DNA of 57,298 nucleotides, counting the filler, from Sphacelaria rigidula (Eukaryota): NCBI GenBank assembly GCA_964200075.2. It is 5 parts of 5 records of this genome, joined end to end, with 100 filler letters (N's around TTAATTAATTAA, not from the genome) between each part and the next. Parts side by side here need not be neighbours in the genome. Positions count along the whole stretch, not along the records: positions 11,482 to 22,862 come from CAXNAA020004996.1; positions 22,963 to 34,342 come from CAXNAA020004997.1; 3 more parts are not named here. One strand, written 5' to 3'. Below are positions 12,780 through 26,492 of this stretch, piece by piece. The position numbers were made by a program, and so were the translations under genes. Numbering within the stretch: the stretch's first letter is position 1; the number at the start of each line of letters is the position of its first letter. The notes beneath the pieces were generated by a model. It saw nothing but the letters and a program-made list of their open reading frames with translations. It was not told where the DNA came from and ran no database searches.

Positions 12780-14359
12780 TCCCGAGCAGTCTCTCGTGTA
12801 TGCGTGTGCGTGTGTGTTCCACAAAGACATGCCACAAAGTTAAACTCAGTAAGGAGAGTCCCGACGCAGTCTCCGCGCGGGAGCCGCTCTTGCTTGGATG
12901 CATACTGTTTTTTTTGTGTTTATATGCGTACGTACCCGTGTGTTGACAGATGGATGCAGATGTGGGTTCTAGCCGCAGAAGATTTGCGTCGAGAATAGTT
13001 GTGTCGCTTTTCACACCCTGGACAAGAGATTATATTGTCAAAAAATGTACTGCGTACTGTATGAAGTTTATTGTCTTTTGCAACGGGCGTAATAGTCGAA
13101 ACTGTACGCAGTACACTTTTCGACTGTGTATTCTATCGTCATTATCCAGGCTCTGGTGCTTGTTCACCAGGTCACGTGAGACTGTGGAGGGCTTCGTACA
13201 ACCCGCTATAGTTGCGGAACTAACATTTTTTCCTTCTTTTTTTTTCGCAGAGCATTAGATGTAGCTTCATGCGTACACACACACATTGTTTTTTTGTGCA
13301 CTACCTGTCCCTCACGATGAAAACAACCACTTCGCGACGAAGCACCTGCTCTGCTTCCTGTATAGTCACAGTGGCGAGTCACAGTCACGCGCGCCGCACG
13401 CGGGAGTCACGAGAGACCAGGGTGAATCGCGAAATTTCGATGGACTCGACTTCAAGGTAGACAAAGCGGGAACGCTCGCTAAAGAAGAAGTGCAGCGGAG
13501 GACATAAAACAAAAATATAGAAGAAGCAAAAGGAGTAAACAGAGAAACCAAAATGAACACACACACACGCACACACACGCACACGAAGCAAAGACGAAAA
13601 TAAGAACAAAATGAGCTGACCAGAGCGTTGACTCTCACAGGCTATATTTCGAGGAATCCTCTGGACGAGCCAGACGTTGACGTGTTTGTCGCAACTTTAT
13701 ATATGTATTTTGATAATAGTGTGGTGCACCCCCTATGAGTCCCGTGCCTTGCAACGGTGTGCCAGCCACCAGGCGGTCTGATGTAGGGCGTAAGAGGGTT
13801 CTATGAAGGAGGTCCTATTCCGATGGTATGGGGGATGAGGAACCTGGAAATGAACTGTGCTGAACGCCAGTTTGTTCACTTTTGGTGGTACTGGGATCTA
13901 CCTATTAATCCATCCAGGCGTCCATCATGTAGCGGTAAGCAAGATCATGATGTGAGATGGAAATATCCAACAGCGATATCACGTTTTCGTATCCACATTT
14001 CCAAGTACAAGTGCTGATGCTATTGTCATTGCTGTTGTCGTTGTTGGTGTTCCCGTGGACTCCGACTACGCCACACACGTACTTGATACTGCGTAGTTTC
14101 AGGTCAGCAAGGTCTTGGCGCACTTGCCTCCGCTCATCTCCCACAAAACTCCATGTGTCTGTCCTACCTTTTTGCTTTCTTCATTTTTCTTCGGGGGATG
14201 TTACCGTTTTGTCCACCTTGGGAATGTCTATCTTGAGGATCACTTAGTATGCGACAATCGATCAACGGACCAAAGAAATCAACGTCAGTATCCCCCCCCC
14301 CCACCCCACTCTCCTCCCCTGCCTCTCCCCATCTCGAACGCGCGCCGACCTCTCGATAG

Positions 14360-14485
14360 ATGCTGCGACGTAAGGAAGAGCCCTGCGTGTCGCTCTCTAA
14401 CCCCAAGGACTCGGAGTACCAGGTGGTGCGAACAAGTCTTTTGCCCGGGGCGCTCAAAACGGCGCAGTTCAACCGAGCGATGCCG
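14360..14485 (+). CDS. FARSB: Phenylalanyl-tRNA synthetase beta subunit, internal exon (gene 5'-partial)
   Basis: [51 protein letters not shown]; the [19 protein letters not shown] motif of PheRS beta; phase 0/0. Confidence 0.92.
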
Positions 14486-15812
14486 GTATGTGTGCAGTAG
14501 ACCTGAAGCTTCGGTCGTATATCTATAGTTGACAACATGGCAACTTGATTTTAGACTTGAGAAAGTTGTAAAAAAAATCATGGTTCGGGGCAGGTGAGCA
14601 GTGGGCCCAGCTCGTACGGAACGTGTTTTTTTTCAAAATCGGCGCCTGCGGCGTCGAGTCAAGGTCTGCCAACACACACCTTGTCTAGGAGAACCTAAAC
14701 ACCCCCCCGTTGTCCGAGGGTCGCGTACGCCGTGGGTCGGGGTTAGAGTTAGGGTTAGCGTTATTGTTAGTTTGTTTGGAAAAATCAACCATATATAGGT
14801 ACGACCAAAACTTTAGGTCGCCTCTATGTGTGTGTGTGTTCACAAATGCGCTACATTTTGCCTGCCGCGCCCGGGTGGTCGAGGTGGTGCAACGAGGTGG
14901 TGCAAACTTCCGCGCTAGTTCACTGGGCAGATATTGGGGTCTCGTTCTCGTTTCCCCCCGGAACGTGAAAACAGCAGTTGGCAACAATGGAAAGACGGTG
15001 AAGAGAGTAGACGGATTGTGAGATATCCGAGTCAAACGCGGGTATTTCACAGCCCGGGCAGCGCCCACGTTTCCTTTTTCCCGTTTTTTTCTCCTTCATG
15101 GATGGTAATTGTTGATAAAATGCGACGAGGTGGAAATTGCCGTTCGTAGCAACCCCCACCCACCCCAATGGTGAGACACCCATGAGGCAGCGTAAAAGCC
15201 GTGGCTGTCTCTGGAACTGGTCATACCAGAAAATGAAGCAATTCATCGGAGGCTGTCATCCAAATGCAGGATAAGGCTTCGGGCCGAACAATCTCAGCAA
15301 GATGCAGCTCACCCTTCACGCGACTCGCCGAGCACACCACGGCGCTTCACGCTTGATGATTGAGTGCGAGCCTGGTCCGGCGAAAACCCGGCGTGCTCCC
15401 CCCCGGCTTTGTAAGGGTGCGAGGTCAATGGTTTCACGACTATGGCATGCAAGATCATGAGTACACCCACCCCAATTTCGTCGTTGTGGAGATTTTCGGG
15501 GCATGGGTCTCGAGAATGTGGCCACTTGGCCACTTGGTTGTTATACTGCCTTTGTGGTGGTGTATTAGGTTTCGTCCCGTCCCATTTCATCTCCTTCAAA
15601 ATGATATTTTTGTTTTTCGGGCGATCGCGGGCGATGCATGGTTCTGTTTGCACCCGTCGGGGATGCCGAAGTATATATAGCACACACACGCACCATTGCG
15701 CGTTAAGAGCAGTCGTGGGTGGGGTAATCAAGCTCCAAAAGTCATCGCGCATTGTTGGCTGTTGTTTTTTTTCTCTTGTTTTTATCGCTTGGACAATGAC
15801 GTGGCCCACCAG

Positions 15813-15980
15813 ATCAAGGATGGGGTGCGGCTGTTCGAGATCTCGGACGTGGTACTGCGTGACGAGACATCTGACACTGGCGCCAAGAACTGCCGGCGGC
15901 TCGTGGCAACCTACATGGGACCTACCGCCGGATTTGAAATCATCCATGGTCTGGTCGATCGGATAATGTCTCTGGTGCAG
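15813..15980 (+). CDS. FARSB: PheRS beta internal exon
   Basis: CAG|IKDGVRLFEISDVVLRDETSDTGAKNCRRLVATYMGPTAGFEIIHGLVDRIMSLVQ|GTGGGA; LFEISDVV and GFEIIHGLVDRIM motifs; phase 0/0. Confidence 0.95.
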
Positions 15981-16192
15981 GTGGGATGATTACTTCAATG
16001 ATCTCGCTTCATGTTTTACCACCTGTGACTACCTCTGTGGTCACGTCACCCATAGGTAGGGCCCCTTTCGTTTTGAGAGAGGGAAGACTCCTGCGCGTGC
16101 ATGTATATGTAAGTCAATGATTCCGCCAAGTTTCTCACAGCTGTGAGGGTCTCTCCGTTTGACGTTCTTGTTTTTTGGGGGTTGGGCTTTTG

Positions 16193-16193
<1 letters not shown>

Positions 16194-16241
<48 letters not shown>
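16194..16241. repeat. (TTG)n microsatellite in a FARSB intron
   Basis: Perfect run. Confidence 0.95.
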
Positions 16242-16242
<1 letters not shown>

Positions 16243-16533
16243 CTTCACATTAAAAACCGTTCCGATATCTGCGCGGTATATTCGCACCGGGCATCTGATG
16301 CGGACGCCTTCCGTGGCCACATGCTAGCTACCCATAATAAGGTATGAGAGAATAAAAAAAATAAAAAGATAAATGCGTATATTTCTCCCCATGTGGAAAT
16401 GACCGGGGTTGCGGTGCAAAATGTTACTAAAGACGCTCACTTTTTATTTGTCTCCTCGTTTTTATGGTGTTGACTTGCGGGACGTTGCCGGCGTGTGCGT
16501 GGCAAAATCATCTACGATTAACTAACTGCACAG

Positions 16534-16652
16534 ATCGCGCCGACGGAGGAGTACGCCGGCAGCGATCCTCGCGCCAAGCTGGGGGGACCATGGAGGCCGA
16601 ATCTTCGCTACAAGATTGAGCCCGTCGACCGTCCTACCTTCTTCCCGGGGAG
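16534..16652 (+). CDS. FARSB: PheRS beta internal exon
   Basis: ACTAAC branch point, then CAG|IAPTEEYAGSDPRAKLGGPWRPNLRYKIEPVDRPTFFPG(R)|GTAAGC; PTFFPGR motif; phase 0/2. Confidence 0.92.
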
Positions 16653-17236
16653 GTAAGCGACCTACTCCGATGTTTCGCGCCCGAACACAACCGTCGCGCT
16701 CTCGGTCTTCCAACTAACAGTCGTTTGAACTAGTGCAACGGTCGGATGAAATAATGATTCGTCTACAAATCACTTGATTCTGGTGTGAGTGATTCGTACC
16801 GTACGAATCAATCCTTGGGCTTTGTTTTCAGCGTTGCAACCCAGGCACGCGGAATGGCGGGGAAAATTGCGTGGAAACCTTTTTAACCAGCGGTCAACTT
16901 TTCCCCCTATTGTTGAGCAATCAGGCCTGAAAAATCGTGAACTTGGTGATTCGAACCGGCAATGATTCGTCCGAACTGTGAACTAGTGTAAGTCAAGCCC
17001 AACATGGGTAGTTTCCGCCGTGGATTCGGATGCCGGCGGGTGAGACATTTCCTCCAGACGGTATTCCGGGCAAGAACCGGGCACGCACGGCGACCGTCAA
17101 AAGCATAGCGACGTAGCTGGTCTTGGCGAGGTGATGACGCAAGACCGCAAAACCGAAATGAACGGCGTGTGCTTTTTTTTTCGCAATTCCCGACGCGGAA
17201 AAGGTACAACGGAAGAAGAAGCTTTGATGGCTACTT

Positions 17237-18393
17237 CGAGCTGGGCCGGCCTAGACGCGTATTTAAGCTCTCAAAGCAATATTCCATCGACATAGACGAG
17301 TTGGGCCGTGATCTACGTATCGTATTGATCGTCTGATCATGGGGAAGGTGTCCGTGTGCTCTGAAGTCTGGGCCAATATTTTCTCGTTAATTACGGAGAT
17401 AGTGTCCATACTAAATTCTATATGAAGCCCCGAACGATACATGCAGGGGATGGTGACGATTCTTGGTGTGGACATTCCCTGGAAAAGGGGGAAATGATCG
17501 ATACCCCCACTTTTGCCTTATTCGCTATCTGTTTCGAGATATGGCGCACAGAAGGTTCTACACTAAAATCGATATATTTCGAGCAGGGGCACTTAATGCA
17601 CTGAATCTGGGTATTGCGTCTGAATGTTTGAGAGTTGTGCTTTGAAATTTCGTATGGAGAGTCGCTAGTGAATAATAATGAAGAAAAACATCGTCTTTTT
17701 TTGTTTGTTGTTTTTTTACGGGAGTTTTGACGGAAAATGGACAATGCTCTCGGACCTCATGTCAGCTTTTCAGCTCAATTTTTAGAATTGAGATTTGAAA
17801 CTCATCATGGAGAATTGCAAAGGCATGCCGAAGAAAACACCTTCATTTTTTTTTCCTTCCTGAGAGGTACGGGCCTTGTCGTGAAAATATGGTCTTTACT
17901 ACGCTAAGGCGTCCTAAGCAAGTGATAAATATATATATATATATATATGTGTCCCACTTTTTTGGTTGGTTATGGCCTAGCGAGGTCCCACACAAAGATT
18001 CAAAACACAAGCACCAAACGTGGCCCGGTAAATGGCCTGGAAAACATTGTTCGGAATTTCGCCGGGCCCGGTTTCGAAATCGCCCCGTCTCACCTCAATT
18101 TCGCGAGTTCGACTTTGAAATTTGGTACGGAGGGAAAATAGAGCATGCTGAAACGCTGTCGATCGGGGCAAGCTGTTGTTTTTCTCCCGTGAGTTCACGG
18201 TATTTCCTGATATCTAGATACTGATCAGTACCATTAACTCACGAACATATATGTACATACATACTCGTCCCGATCAACAGCGTTTCAGCATGCCCTATTT
18301 TTTCTCGGTACCCAATTTCGAAGTCTAACTCGCAAACTTGAGGTGAGACGGGGTCTGCAAACCACAAATTCGCGTCTTGGCCGGCCCAGCCTG
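17237..18393. mobile_element. MITE/non-autonomous DNA transposon in the last FARSB intron (CGAGCTGGGCCGGCC TIR family)
   Basis: CGAGCTGGGCCGGCCTAGACGCG at 17237 and CGCGTCTTGGCCGGCCCAGCCTG-TA ending at 18393. Confidence 0.7.
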
Positions 18394-19371
18394 TAAGGTT
18401 AAGGTGCGGTCTGTCTCTATTTCAGTTTGGCGACCGATCGCACTGTCGTGACACCGCGCGCTGTTTTCCGAATACGGTGTTGTTGTCGTACAAGATACCG
18501 TGACGAGCAAGTGCCATTTAGTGTGGGACTTCTCATCGCATTGTGGTTGGAGCACGACGGTGTTTTGCGCGAGGTATTCATTTGGCGAATTTTTATAGCT
18601 TGTGGTGTTGAGTTCTTCGTGGAACGGGCCGTTTCATGGTCGATCGGGGTGTGTTGTACACAGTGTGTGGTGGCACCGTATTATACTCTCTCTCTGAATC
18701 CCGTACTTCGCCCCCCCCCCCCCCCAAGTATTCCTGCTCAGACTGTTGCTTACCGTCTCTGTTGGCTTGATATTGTAGTCGACCCGGCCTAGCGTTTGGT
18801 GTCTCTACAACTCCCTTCCCTTTCCACTGTGGGGTATTGCAAATGACCCAGCGATTCACCACGACGGATAGGAGGGAATGGCGCGGGGCTTGTCCTCGTT
18901 GGCTTAGGCACCTTCACCCAAATATTGGCGACGCTGTTTCGCCCGGCTCTTCATATGAATCTAGACAGTATCACCTCGACCTGACCCATATGGCATTCAC
19001 CCTGGATGTATTTCCCTACTGCAGCCACCTTCCTATTTGTTTAACCCTTTTAGAACCCACTAACGATTTCTTTTTTTGTGGATTCGGCATCATTTTGACC
19101 TGAAAATGACCGGAAATGATGTCCGATTCGCTTAAACAGAAATCGTCCATGCGTTCCAAAAGGATGAAGGAATTTTCCTGCTGATCCCGTCGAGCTCATG
19201 CTCAACTTGAGAATTCAATGCGTCTGCAGTATCTGCCACCTGAATACTTTGAAAAAAGTGGAAGGTGTTCTTTGACGTGCGTGGAACTGTTGGTGAAAAA
19301 ATTCCTTCCCCGCTCTCCCTCGCCCGTTTCCCCCCCGCCCACCGCCCTCATTATCTTCTCTTTTGTCGCAG

Positions 19372-19528
19372 GTGCTCGGATATAGTTCTCGAGGTTCGGG
19401 AAGAAGGTGGCGAGGGGAAGAACGTTCATCTTGGATCTTTTGGAATGTTGCACCCAGATGTGCTCAAGGCGTACGAACTTAGGGATCCCAGCTCCGCCGT
19501 AGAGATGGATCTTGAGCCTCTCATGTAA
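19372..19528 (+). CDS. FARSB: PheRS beta terminal exon
   Basis: Polypyrimidine tract, CAG|G completes Arg, then CSDIVLEV...GSFGMLHPDVLKAYELRDPSSAVEMDLEPLM-TAA; G.FG.LHP.VL motif typical of the cytosolic PheRS beta C-terminus. Confidence 0.95.
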
Positions 19529-20797
19529 AACGGCTGCCAGTGTTGTTTTTATCTTGATACCGTGCTTTAAGAGACAGAGTTATGTGTGGTGCCCTGTTGT
19601 CTGTTTGTCCTTGTCTTCCCGTGTGAGATCGTTCTAGACAGTTGACAGTTGACTCTTTTTTGTCCCTCCCGTTGGTGGTCCTGTACATGTCGATGAGGCA
19701 GTTCATTGCATTTTTGTATCGAACTCCTCGAGACTAGACCTGGGAGATCTTGAGAATGGGAGCCGTAAAAGTAGCCCTTGAAGGCTTTTTGATGGAGCCG
19801 CAACCCACCATGAAATGTCCCAACTATGATATCAAAACGCCGGTGTCCTCATCCAATTTCACTGTCGTGTGAGGTGTGTCCATCCGGTGACCGGCCGGAC
19901 ACTTACTTGGATGCCACTCGGAAGGGGAGCGTTTTGGAGCAGTTGCTCTTGGTCGAGAAGCGACGCCATACGGAAAGGCAGTTACCCCGCACATGCTGCA
20001 CGCATGACCTTTGGTGTATATGCCACAACCTACAGCATACTGCCGTCTCAGCACAGCAAAAATGTACTTCGAAAGTACCAGCAGTACCTTCGGCCATGCA
20101 TGTGCCAAGATGTCAGCATCCACACTTGGAGGATGCGTCAGCAAAGGGAACGTGCACGCTCGTTCCCAACAGTGGCGGGAGACTGCTGCACGCACATCAC
20201 CTCAAACGTTTCCATTTTTCGTCACTATTGCTAGTCGCTCATCACGTCTTTTTTGGTGTACGTCAATGTCGTCAACAACAATCGCCCTTCAAAAGTGTTT
20301 GACTAAGCCTGGAGCCGTCCTCATAGCCGCTCTTTGGGTTTGTCACATGGGTCATCCTCTTGTTGGCATGTAGGGATCAGAGTTTCACCTTTCTGCTGCT
20401 ACCCTTGTACGCAATTGACGATGTCGTGGAGTAGACCCCGTGGGAGCATCATCCCATCCTACGCTTGCCCGCAAAATACTGTCCTTCTGCTCCTCTTCAC
20501 GTAAAAGAGTAGCCGCTTGCGGTAGCCTTCGTGAGCGCACGCCTGCTCGACATGGTCATCTGAGTGGTGTGTGTGTTTGCACAGGAGGCTTTTGAGTTGA
20601 TGAGTAATATCCCACAGTATGACCACAAAGGGCAGCCTTCAACAGAGCGCTTTTTTTCGAGATCATGTCCAGGGCCCTCAGTAGTCGTAGGACCAGCTGT
20701 AGTAACAGCACCAGCAGCAAACATCTTCGCCAGGATGAGGGTCGAGATTTGAATTTAATACATATTATTGAGCCGTTAGTTAGTCGTCAGATACATA

Positions 20798-21871
20798 CGA
20801 GCTGGGCCGGCCATCAGCGATTTTCAAACGAAGAGTGAAGATGCGTTCGGCAAATCGAAGAGTTAGGCGCTGAAATTTTGACACAACATTTTCATCATCG
20901 ATCCGCGCAACACCCCGAGTGGTGCAGAAAAAGAAGGAAAAAAAAACGAGAAGTTAGAGCGAGTTGAAGCTTCAGCAAAAACAGGAAAAATTCTATAACT
21001 TGCTCAAAAAATGTTTAAAACGATGACAACGCTCGGGTACATACTAGCACTCGCATCACGCATATCCTTGTGAAGTTTCAGCCAAAAATACGTAAAATTG
21101 GGGTTAGCGGCGCACTTTTTGTGTGATCCCGGTGGTCAAACTGATACAACAGCCTCAAAACACATGGGTCATCAGTTCAATCCCAGTATGTCCACTTCTG
21201 TTTTTTTTTCACGGGCATGACCACATGCATGATGCCATGCCCGTATCATCAGTTGCGGTACCCGCGTTCTACGATACAGCCGTGTACGCACTGTAGGAGC
21301 TGCACGGCGCTTTTGCTTTGACCAACAACCTCTTATCGCAGAGTGTGGCCATGTCTTTTGTAGGAGCATAAAACGGGGCGGAGACACGGGCGATTTCTCT
21401 CGGCAAACATGTCTTCTGTGACTTCGGGAGAACACTGTACAATCGTTTCAACACGACTGCAGCTTCATCGCTCTGTTGAACCTGCCTTTCGGGAGTGCTC
21501 GCGCAGGTTTTCTACTGTTAGACAGCGACATCGAGTTGTGTAGTAGAGGTTGCAAAACTCCTCGCCTGCTTTCGCCTGCACATATCGGGTGTTCGCGTGC
21601 CTGTGCGGCGGAATTTACTATCGTAATTCCATCGCATTTTGTGAACCGCAAATCTCCAGACACGCTATCGCACGAAGAATTGGGACGTACTCGATACTCA
21701 ATGCAGTACAATAACATCATCGCCAAAAGTGCACTAACCGAGCAGCGGCGGTGCCTATGTTACCAGGTTAGTCTGCAGTTCACAGCGATATGCTCAGGTC
21801 AGGCTGATTTGGGAAACTTGAAGAGCTGTGGTGACGACAGAGGATGCTGGGTTTATGGCCGGCCCAGCTCG
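20798..21871. mobile_element. Non-autonomous Tc1/mariner-type element with TA target duplication
   Basis: TA|CGAGCTGGGCCGGCCAT...ATGGCCGGCCCAGCTCG|TA: perfect 17-bp TIR. Confidence 0.85.
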
Positions 21872-22152
21872 TAATCCGAGTTCGAACAAACGCCAGTATG
21901 CAATTCTTTACAGTCGCGTCGAGGTAATTCCCTACACTCGCGTTCAACGTATTAATCGGAAGAACATTTCAGGAATGGACGGCACTCTGTGCGACGTGTA
22001 ATGATAACATGCCCAATCTACAGCAGCAGCGCATACATGAGAGGGGTACTTACACGGTCAATGTCCCCATTCCTTCATACGTCGGACGAGCACGAGTACG
22101 ACTCGTGGCACTCGCACTCGTTCGGCTGCTCGTGGGCCGTTTTTTTAGGTCC

Positions 22153-22570
22153 TCGAGCACTCGAGTCATTGCTCGTGGTAGAAAAAATGAGTAGGGGCGA
22201 GCACTCAAGTCATTGCTTGTGGTGGGAAAAATCAATGGGGCGAGCACTCGAGTCATTGCTTGTGGTGGAAAAAATCAATAGGGCGAGCACTCGAGTCATT
22301 GCTCGTGGCGGCAAGAATTGATAGGGCGAGCACTCGAGTCATTGCTCGTGGTGGAAAAAAACAATAGGGCGAGCACTCGAGTCGTTGCTCGCGGTGAGAA
22401 AAAATCAATAGGGCGAATACTCGAGTCATTGCTTGTGTTAAAAAAAATTAATGGAGCGGGTACTCGAGTCATTGCCCGTGGTGGAAAAATAAGTGACTCA
22501 TGCACACGAGTCATCATGCTCGTGGTGAAAAAAGAAGTGACTCGAGCACACGAGTCATGCTCGTGGTGTT
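22153..22570. repeat. ~42-bp minisatellite, about 10 copies
   Basis: GGGCGAGCACTCGAGTCATTGCTCGTGGTGGAAAAAATCAATA units, degenerating at the 3' end. Confidence 0.9.
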
Positions 22571-22862
22571 GAAAAAAGCGTCAATGAATGCACTCGTTTC
22601 GACGAGTCATGACGCGTCCGGCGTGTGTCCCCCTCATTCCATTGTTAGTTCAACAAAACGGATCGTTTCGCGGTTGCATCTCGTGCCGCCATCGACTCTA
22701 GATCTACACGTGTACCGCAACAACATCGTTCGAATCGACACATTGGCCGCTAGGGTAGGTGATCTGTTGAATCGGCATCCGCACACCCGAAAATTCGACT
22801 TGACGGTCGACGAGGGAAAGAGACTGCTGAGCCCCTCTCGCGATAAAAAAATAAAAGGCAAG

Positions 22863-22962
22863 NNNNNNNNNNNNNNNNNNNNNNNNNNNNNNNNNNNNNN
22901 NNNNNNTTAATTAATTAANNNNNNNNNNNNNNNNNNNNNNNNNNNNNNNNNNNNNNNNNNNN
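22863..22962. other. Artificial contig linker
   Basis: N44-TTAATTAATTAA-N44. Confidence 0.99.
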
Positions 22963-24370
22963 AGCTGTCCGAAAACGCGTCGTTTGGTATTGGCACCCTC
23001 TTCGTCATGGAGTAATCGACCTTTGAAATTCGGTCCAGAGGGTGTACGATGACTCGCACAATTACGGTAGTCCCTTCGTAGCCAAGGGCGGGTCGCCCCG
23101 ATGATTCAGTCGCCAACCTCAAAATCCATTTGATTATGGTGAGGTCAGGGGTCTGTCAAAAATATATTTCTGGACACGTAGCCCCCAAGGTCGAAAGTTC
23201 CAGTTTTTGAGATGGGGGGGGACACTTAGCCTGTTGTCCCCTAGTTTATTTCCGAAGCGTTGGTGGGTGCGGTCAACTACCGTCTGCAGATATCCTTGGC
23301 ACGGTGATCTGCCTGTATGAGATGGCGGACACGCCCCCCCAAGCTCATCACTTATCATGATTACGTTCATGGGATCATGTTCCGTGTCGTGGGCCTCGAG
23401 TGCCGACCAGTAGTCCGCGCAAGTTCGGGGAGGCGTGAGATAGAGTTGCTACTTTGGCTGTAGGCTGTCGCTACCGTGCGCTCATGTGCATACATGTGTG
23501 TGAGGGCGGTTGGTATCCGAGATCATCGGGACAGTAGAGCGGGCAAGGAGCAGAAGCAAACATACGAACCTCGCAAAGCTAACCAAAATTTTCGGTTTTT
23601 GGCAGTGTTTCTTGATAAATTTCTTCAATACTATGAAAAACAAAACAATTCACTGCAATTTTTGAAAAATGGCTTTGCGGGAGGGGGGGCGGGGCTGCTT
23701 GTCCGAAAATCTTCTCCCAACAGACCCTTGGTTAGACCGTGAGTTGATCCTTGAAAAAATCACACGAAATTGGTTCTCTTTCTCACAGTACACCCAACAG
23801 TGAAAATCGTATAGTTCATGAATGAACAAATTTCGATTCAACTGTCGGCGAAGGAAAGCGGTGACCGAACGCTCATCACGATAACAAAAAGTAAAACCAG
23901 AACCCCAGAAACAAGGTGGGCAAAGAAGAATCTCCTCTGTGGCTGTCCTTCTTTGTGTAATCCCCGCTGGTTGGCCAACATGCACCGGAAGGTGTGCAGT
24001 ATGCGTTCAGAATGAAGGGGACCCCCCCCCTCCCCCTCGCCGCGCGCCAACACACAGCCAAGTGGGAAGGACTCAACGTACAACTATCAATGCCCAATAA
24101 ATGCGTTAGACGCATGTCACGGGCGAGAGCTTCCATCAAAGCAGGTCCTCGACTGGATCGCTGTTCGAAATATTACCTCAGAAACACCAGCCGATCAGGG
24201 GATGATGAGGATTTCGGATTGCTCGGGTTTTCGTTGAATCAAATAGTGCTGGACACTCAATCTGGTGAATCCTTTCTTCTATCGGGCGCTGAATTGAGCG
24301 CGGATTTTCCCATCTCATGACCATCGAGTCTAGAAAGGGACGTGTTCAATGTCTACCGTTGGTTGGTCAG

Positions 24371-24479
24371 GACCCTCATTAGAGGTATCTTAAACTCGAG
24401 ATTCCTGGCGTATTTAACAAAAATTTACGGACGAATATATAAGGAACCTCGAGTTTAAGATACCTCTATTAAGGGGTTC
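24371..24479. repeat. Short hairpin / mini-MITE
   Basis: TAGAGGTATCTTAAACTCGAG (24380-24400) is perfectly inverted at 24448-24468. Confidence 0.8.
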
Positions 24480-25692
24480 CATTTTGACCCATTTTCATTC
24501 CGATTTCATGACACAATGGATGAACATGGGTGGGTGCTGTTGAAAAATAAGCCGTAAATATCGGCTTTTTTTAACACGTCCACTATTGTAGTCATCCTGG
24601 AAGTCCCTCGGATTTCGAGAAGAGGCTACCTGTGAGTGCACACAACCATTTATCGTGCTACGAGTTCTCGCTGGGACGTATCCACATGAATAATATTTTA
24701 TACGGAGTACCACAACACAACAACTGTACTGCGCGTCCACCGGTGACCATACTGCACGTGCCTGCGGCTAATTCTGTGTTGCCACACTTTGAACCACTCC
24801 CCTGTTCGTTAACGGTATTGGATCGTGTCGGCTGTGAAAAACGTTTTCGTGAGATCGAAAGTAGAGTGCTGACTGAGAGTGGCTTTGATCATTCGCTTTA
24901 GCTTGGCCAATCCTTCATTCAAGGTGTGCTTTTCTTCGCCTCCATCACTGGCGTGTGCTGACACCTACACGTCGATATCCTACTCAGGGATATCAAGGGC
25001 CTCAGTGGCAAGCTACTACAGAAAACATATCGGGCCTCGTGGAGGGGCCTTTCGGAACTGAAGCGGGTCATTCACCGATTGACCGCTCGTCAATCTCAAT
25101 CGTATCCTCTACTCTCAATCTCACAAAAACACTGTTTGTGGCGTTGGCAAGGGGGCAACTTGGAGAAGCCGCCGAGGGGCTTTCGAGCTTGAATTATTTA
25201 TTCTTTTGCGCGGTAGAGGGATTTCATCACTAGATACGTCAGCGTTGACGACGTGGTCTGGCGGTGGAATCTTTTTAACGGACAAAAGGAAAGACGTTGA
25301 AGGCACTCGATCGTGCCAGCCGCCGCAGCGTCGACGAGGAGCACCCCGGACAAGGCGCCGAGGGGCTGTCGAGCTCAAAACACTCCCTTCGTTTGTTCGA
25401 GGAAATTTACTAGTAATAGATGGAGCAAGTAGTGAGCGCTGACAAGTTGGTTTAGTAGTGGTGAAATGAATCTCAAAAGGCATCATCTTTCTCGGGATGA
25501 GTCCGTAATCTCAAGGGATCAAAACGCATGCTTCCCCGGTACGCGCCTTGCATACTGGTCTCACGGATTGAGTAAGCACTCCCGCACCGCGTACGCTCCC
25601 GTCGACAACACTCAGCCAACCACCTCTTCTTACCTACTCGTGTACTCACGCTATCGGCGGCGGGAATAAATTAGATACTTTGACGAAAAGAC

Positions 25693-25903
25693 CAAGGGCA
25701 GGTCGAGTAGAGTACACTCAATTGCGGGTATTTTGAAAGACGTACTCTTGAGGTACTCAAATTAAGGTGGAGGGTTGAGAGTCGTGCGCAAAAAATAACT
25801 AGAAATCGATCCCTAAAACCCTACCCTCAATTCTTCACTTCAAGTACGACGTTCAAAATACCCCGCAATCGAGTACGCTCTACTCGTACTCGACCTGCCC
25901 TTC
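25693..25903. mobile_element. hAT-type MITE (CAAGGGCAGGTCGAGTA TIR family)
   Basis: CAAGGGCAGGTCGAGTAG...TACTCGACCTGCCCTTC. Confidence 0.8.
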
Positions 25904-26492
25904 GGAAAAAAAAACCCATAACGCATCAGGAATCAAACCCAAAATATGTCCACCCTAATGGTGACAGTCGGATCATTGAGCCGCTGGGATGCGCCACCAC
26001 ACAACAGTGATCATACCTCTACGCTTGGCTGCGTCGATCGAATGACTATTCCAACGTTATGCATGAGATATATCACTGCCAACAGCACTCGCAGCATTGG
26101 CACAGAAGGATTTACCCACGTCTGAACAAAAACGTCCCGACTTTGATTTTGATCCACGGGATTCTTCGCGGCAGAAGATAGCGAAGCGGACAGTGCGCGA
26201 CCTCGGATCATGGCTTGCTGTGATCAAAGAGGTGCTGAGGGACGATTTTTATTGCCCGCAACAGTTTCACTTTTGAACGAAAAAATACACGCGAACAGAC
26301 CCAACCTTCCAGATTCGCGAACGAAGCGACCCAAGAACTCTGGTCTCGGCTGGATCGTTTCTTCATAGTTCGTGTCCAATTTCCCAATTCTTGCGCCTCT
26401 TCGTTCACAAAAATCCGGCCCTTTCTTACCACGATGCGCCTCGGTAAACCAAAATCTAAGCGGGGCGCAATTGTCCTGAAAGTGCAAAACTC

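Noticed and set aside
14740-14770. Telomeric TTAGGG repeats
   Set aside because: Only a few degenerate units inside an intronic repeat
15309-15966. Overlapping 100-212 aa ORFs
   Set aside because: Intronic or antisense shadows of the FARSB exon; no recognisable motifs
22153-22570. CRISPR-like array
   Set aside because: The linkers are short, A-rich and similar to each other rather than unique spacers; no cas genes; eukaryotic context
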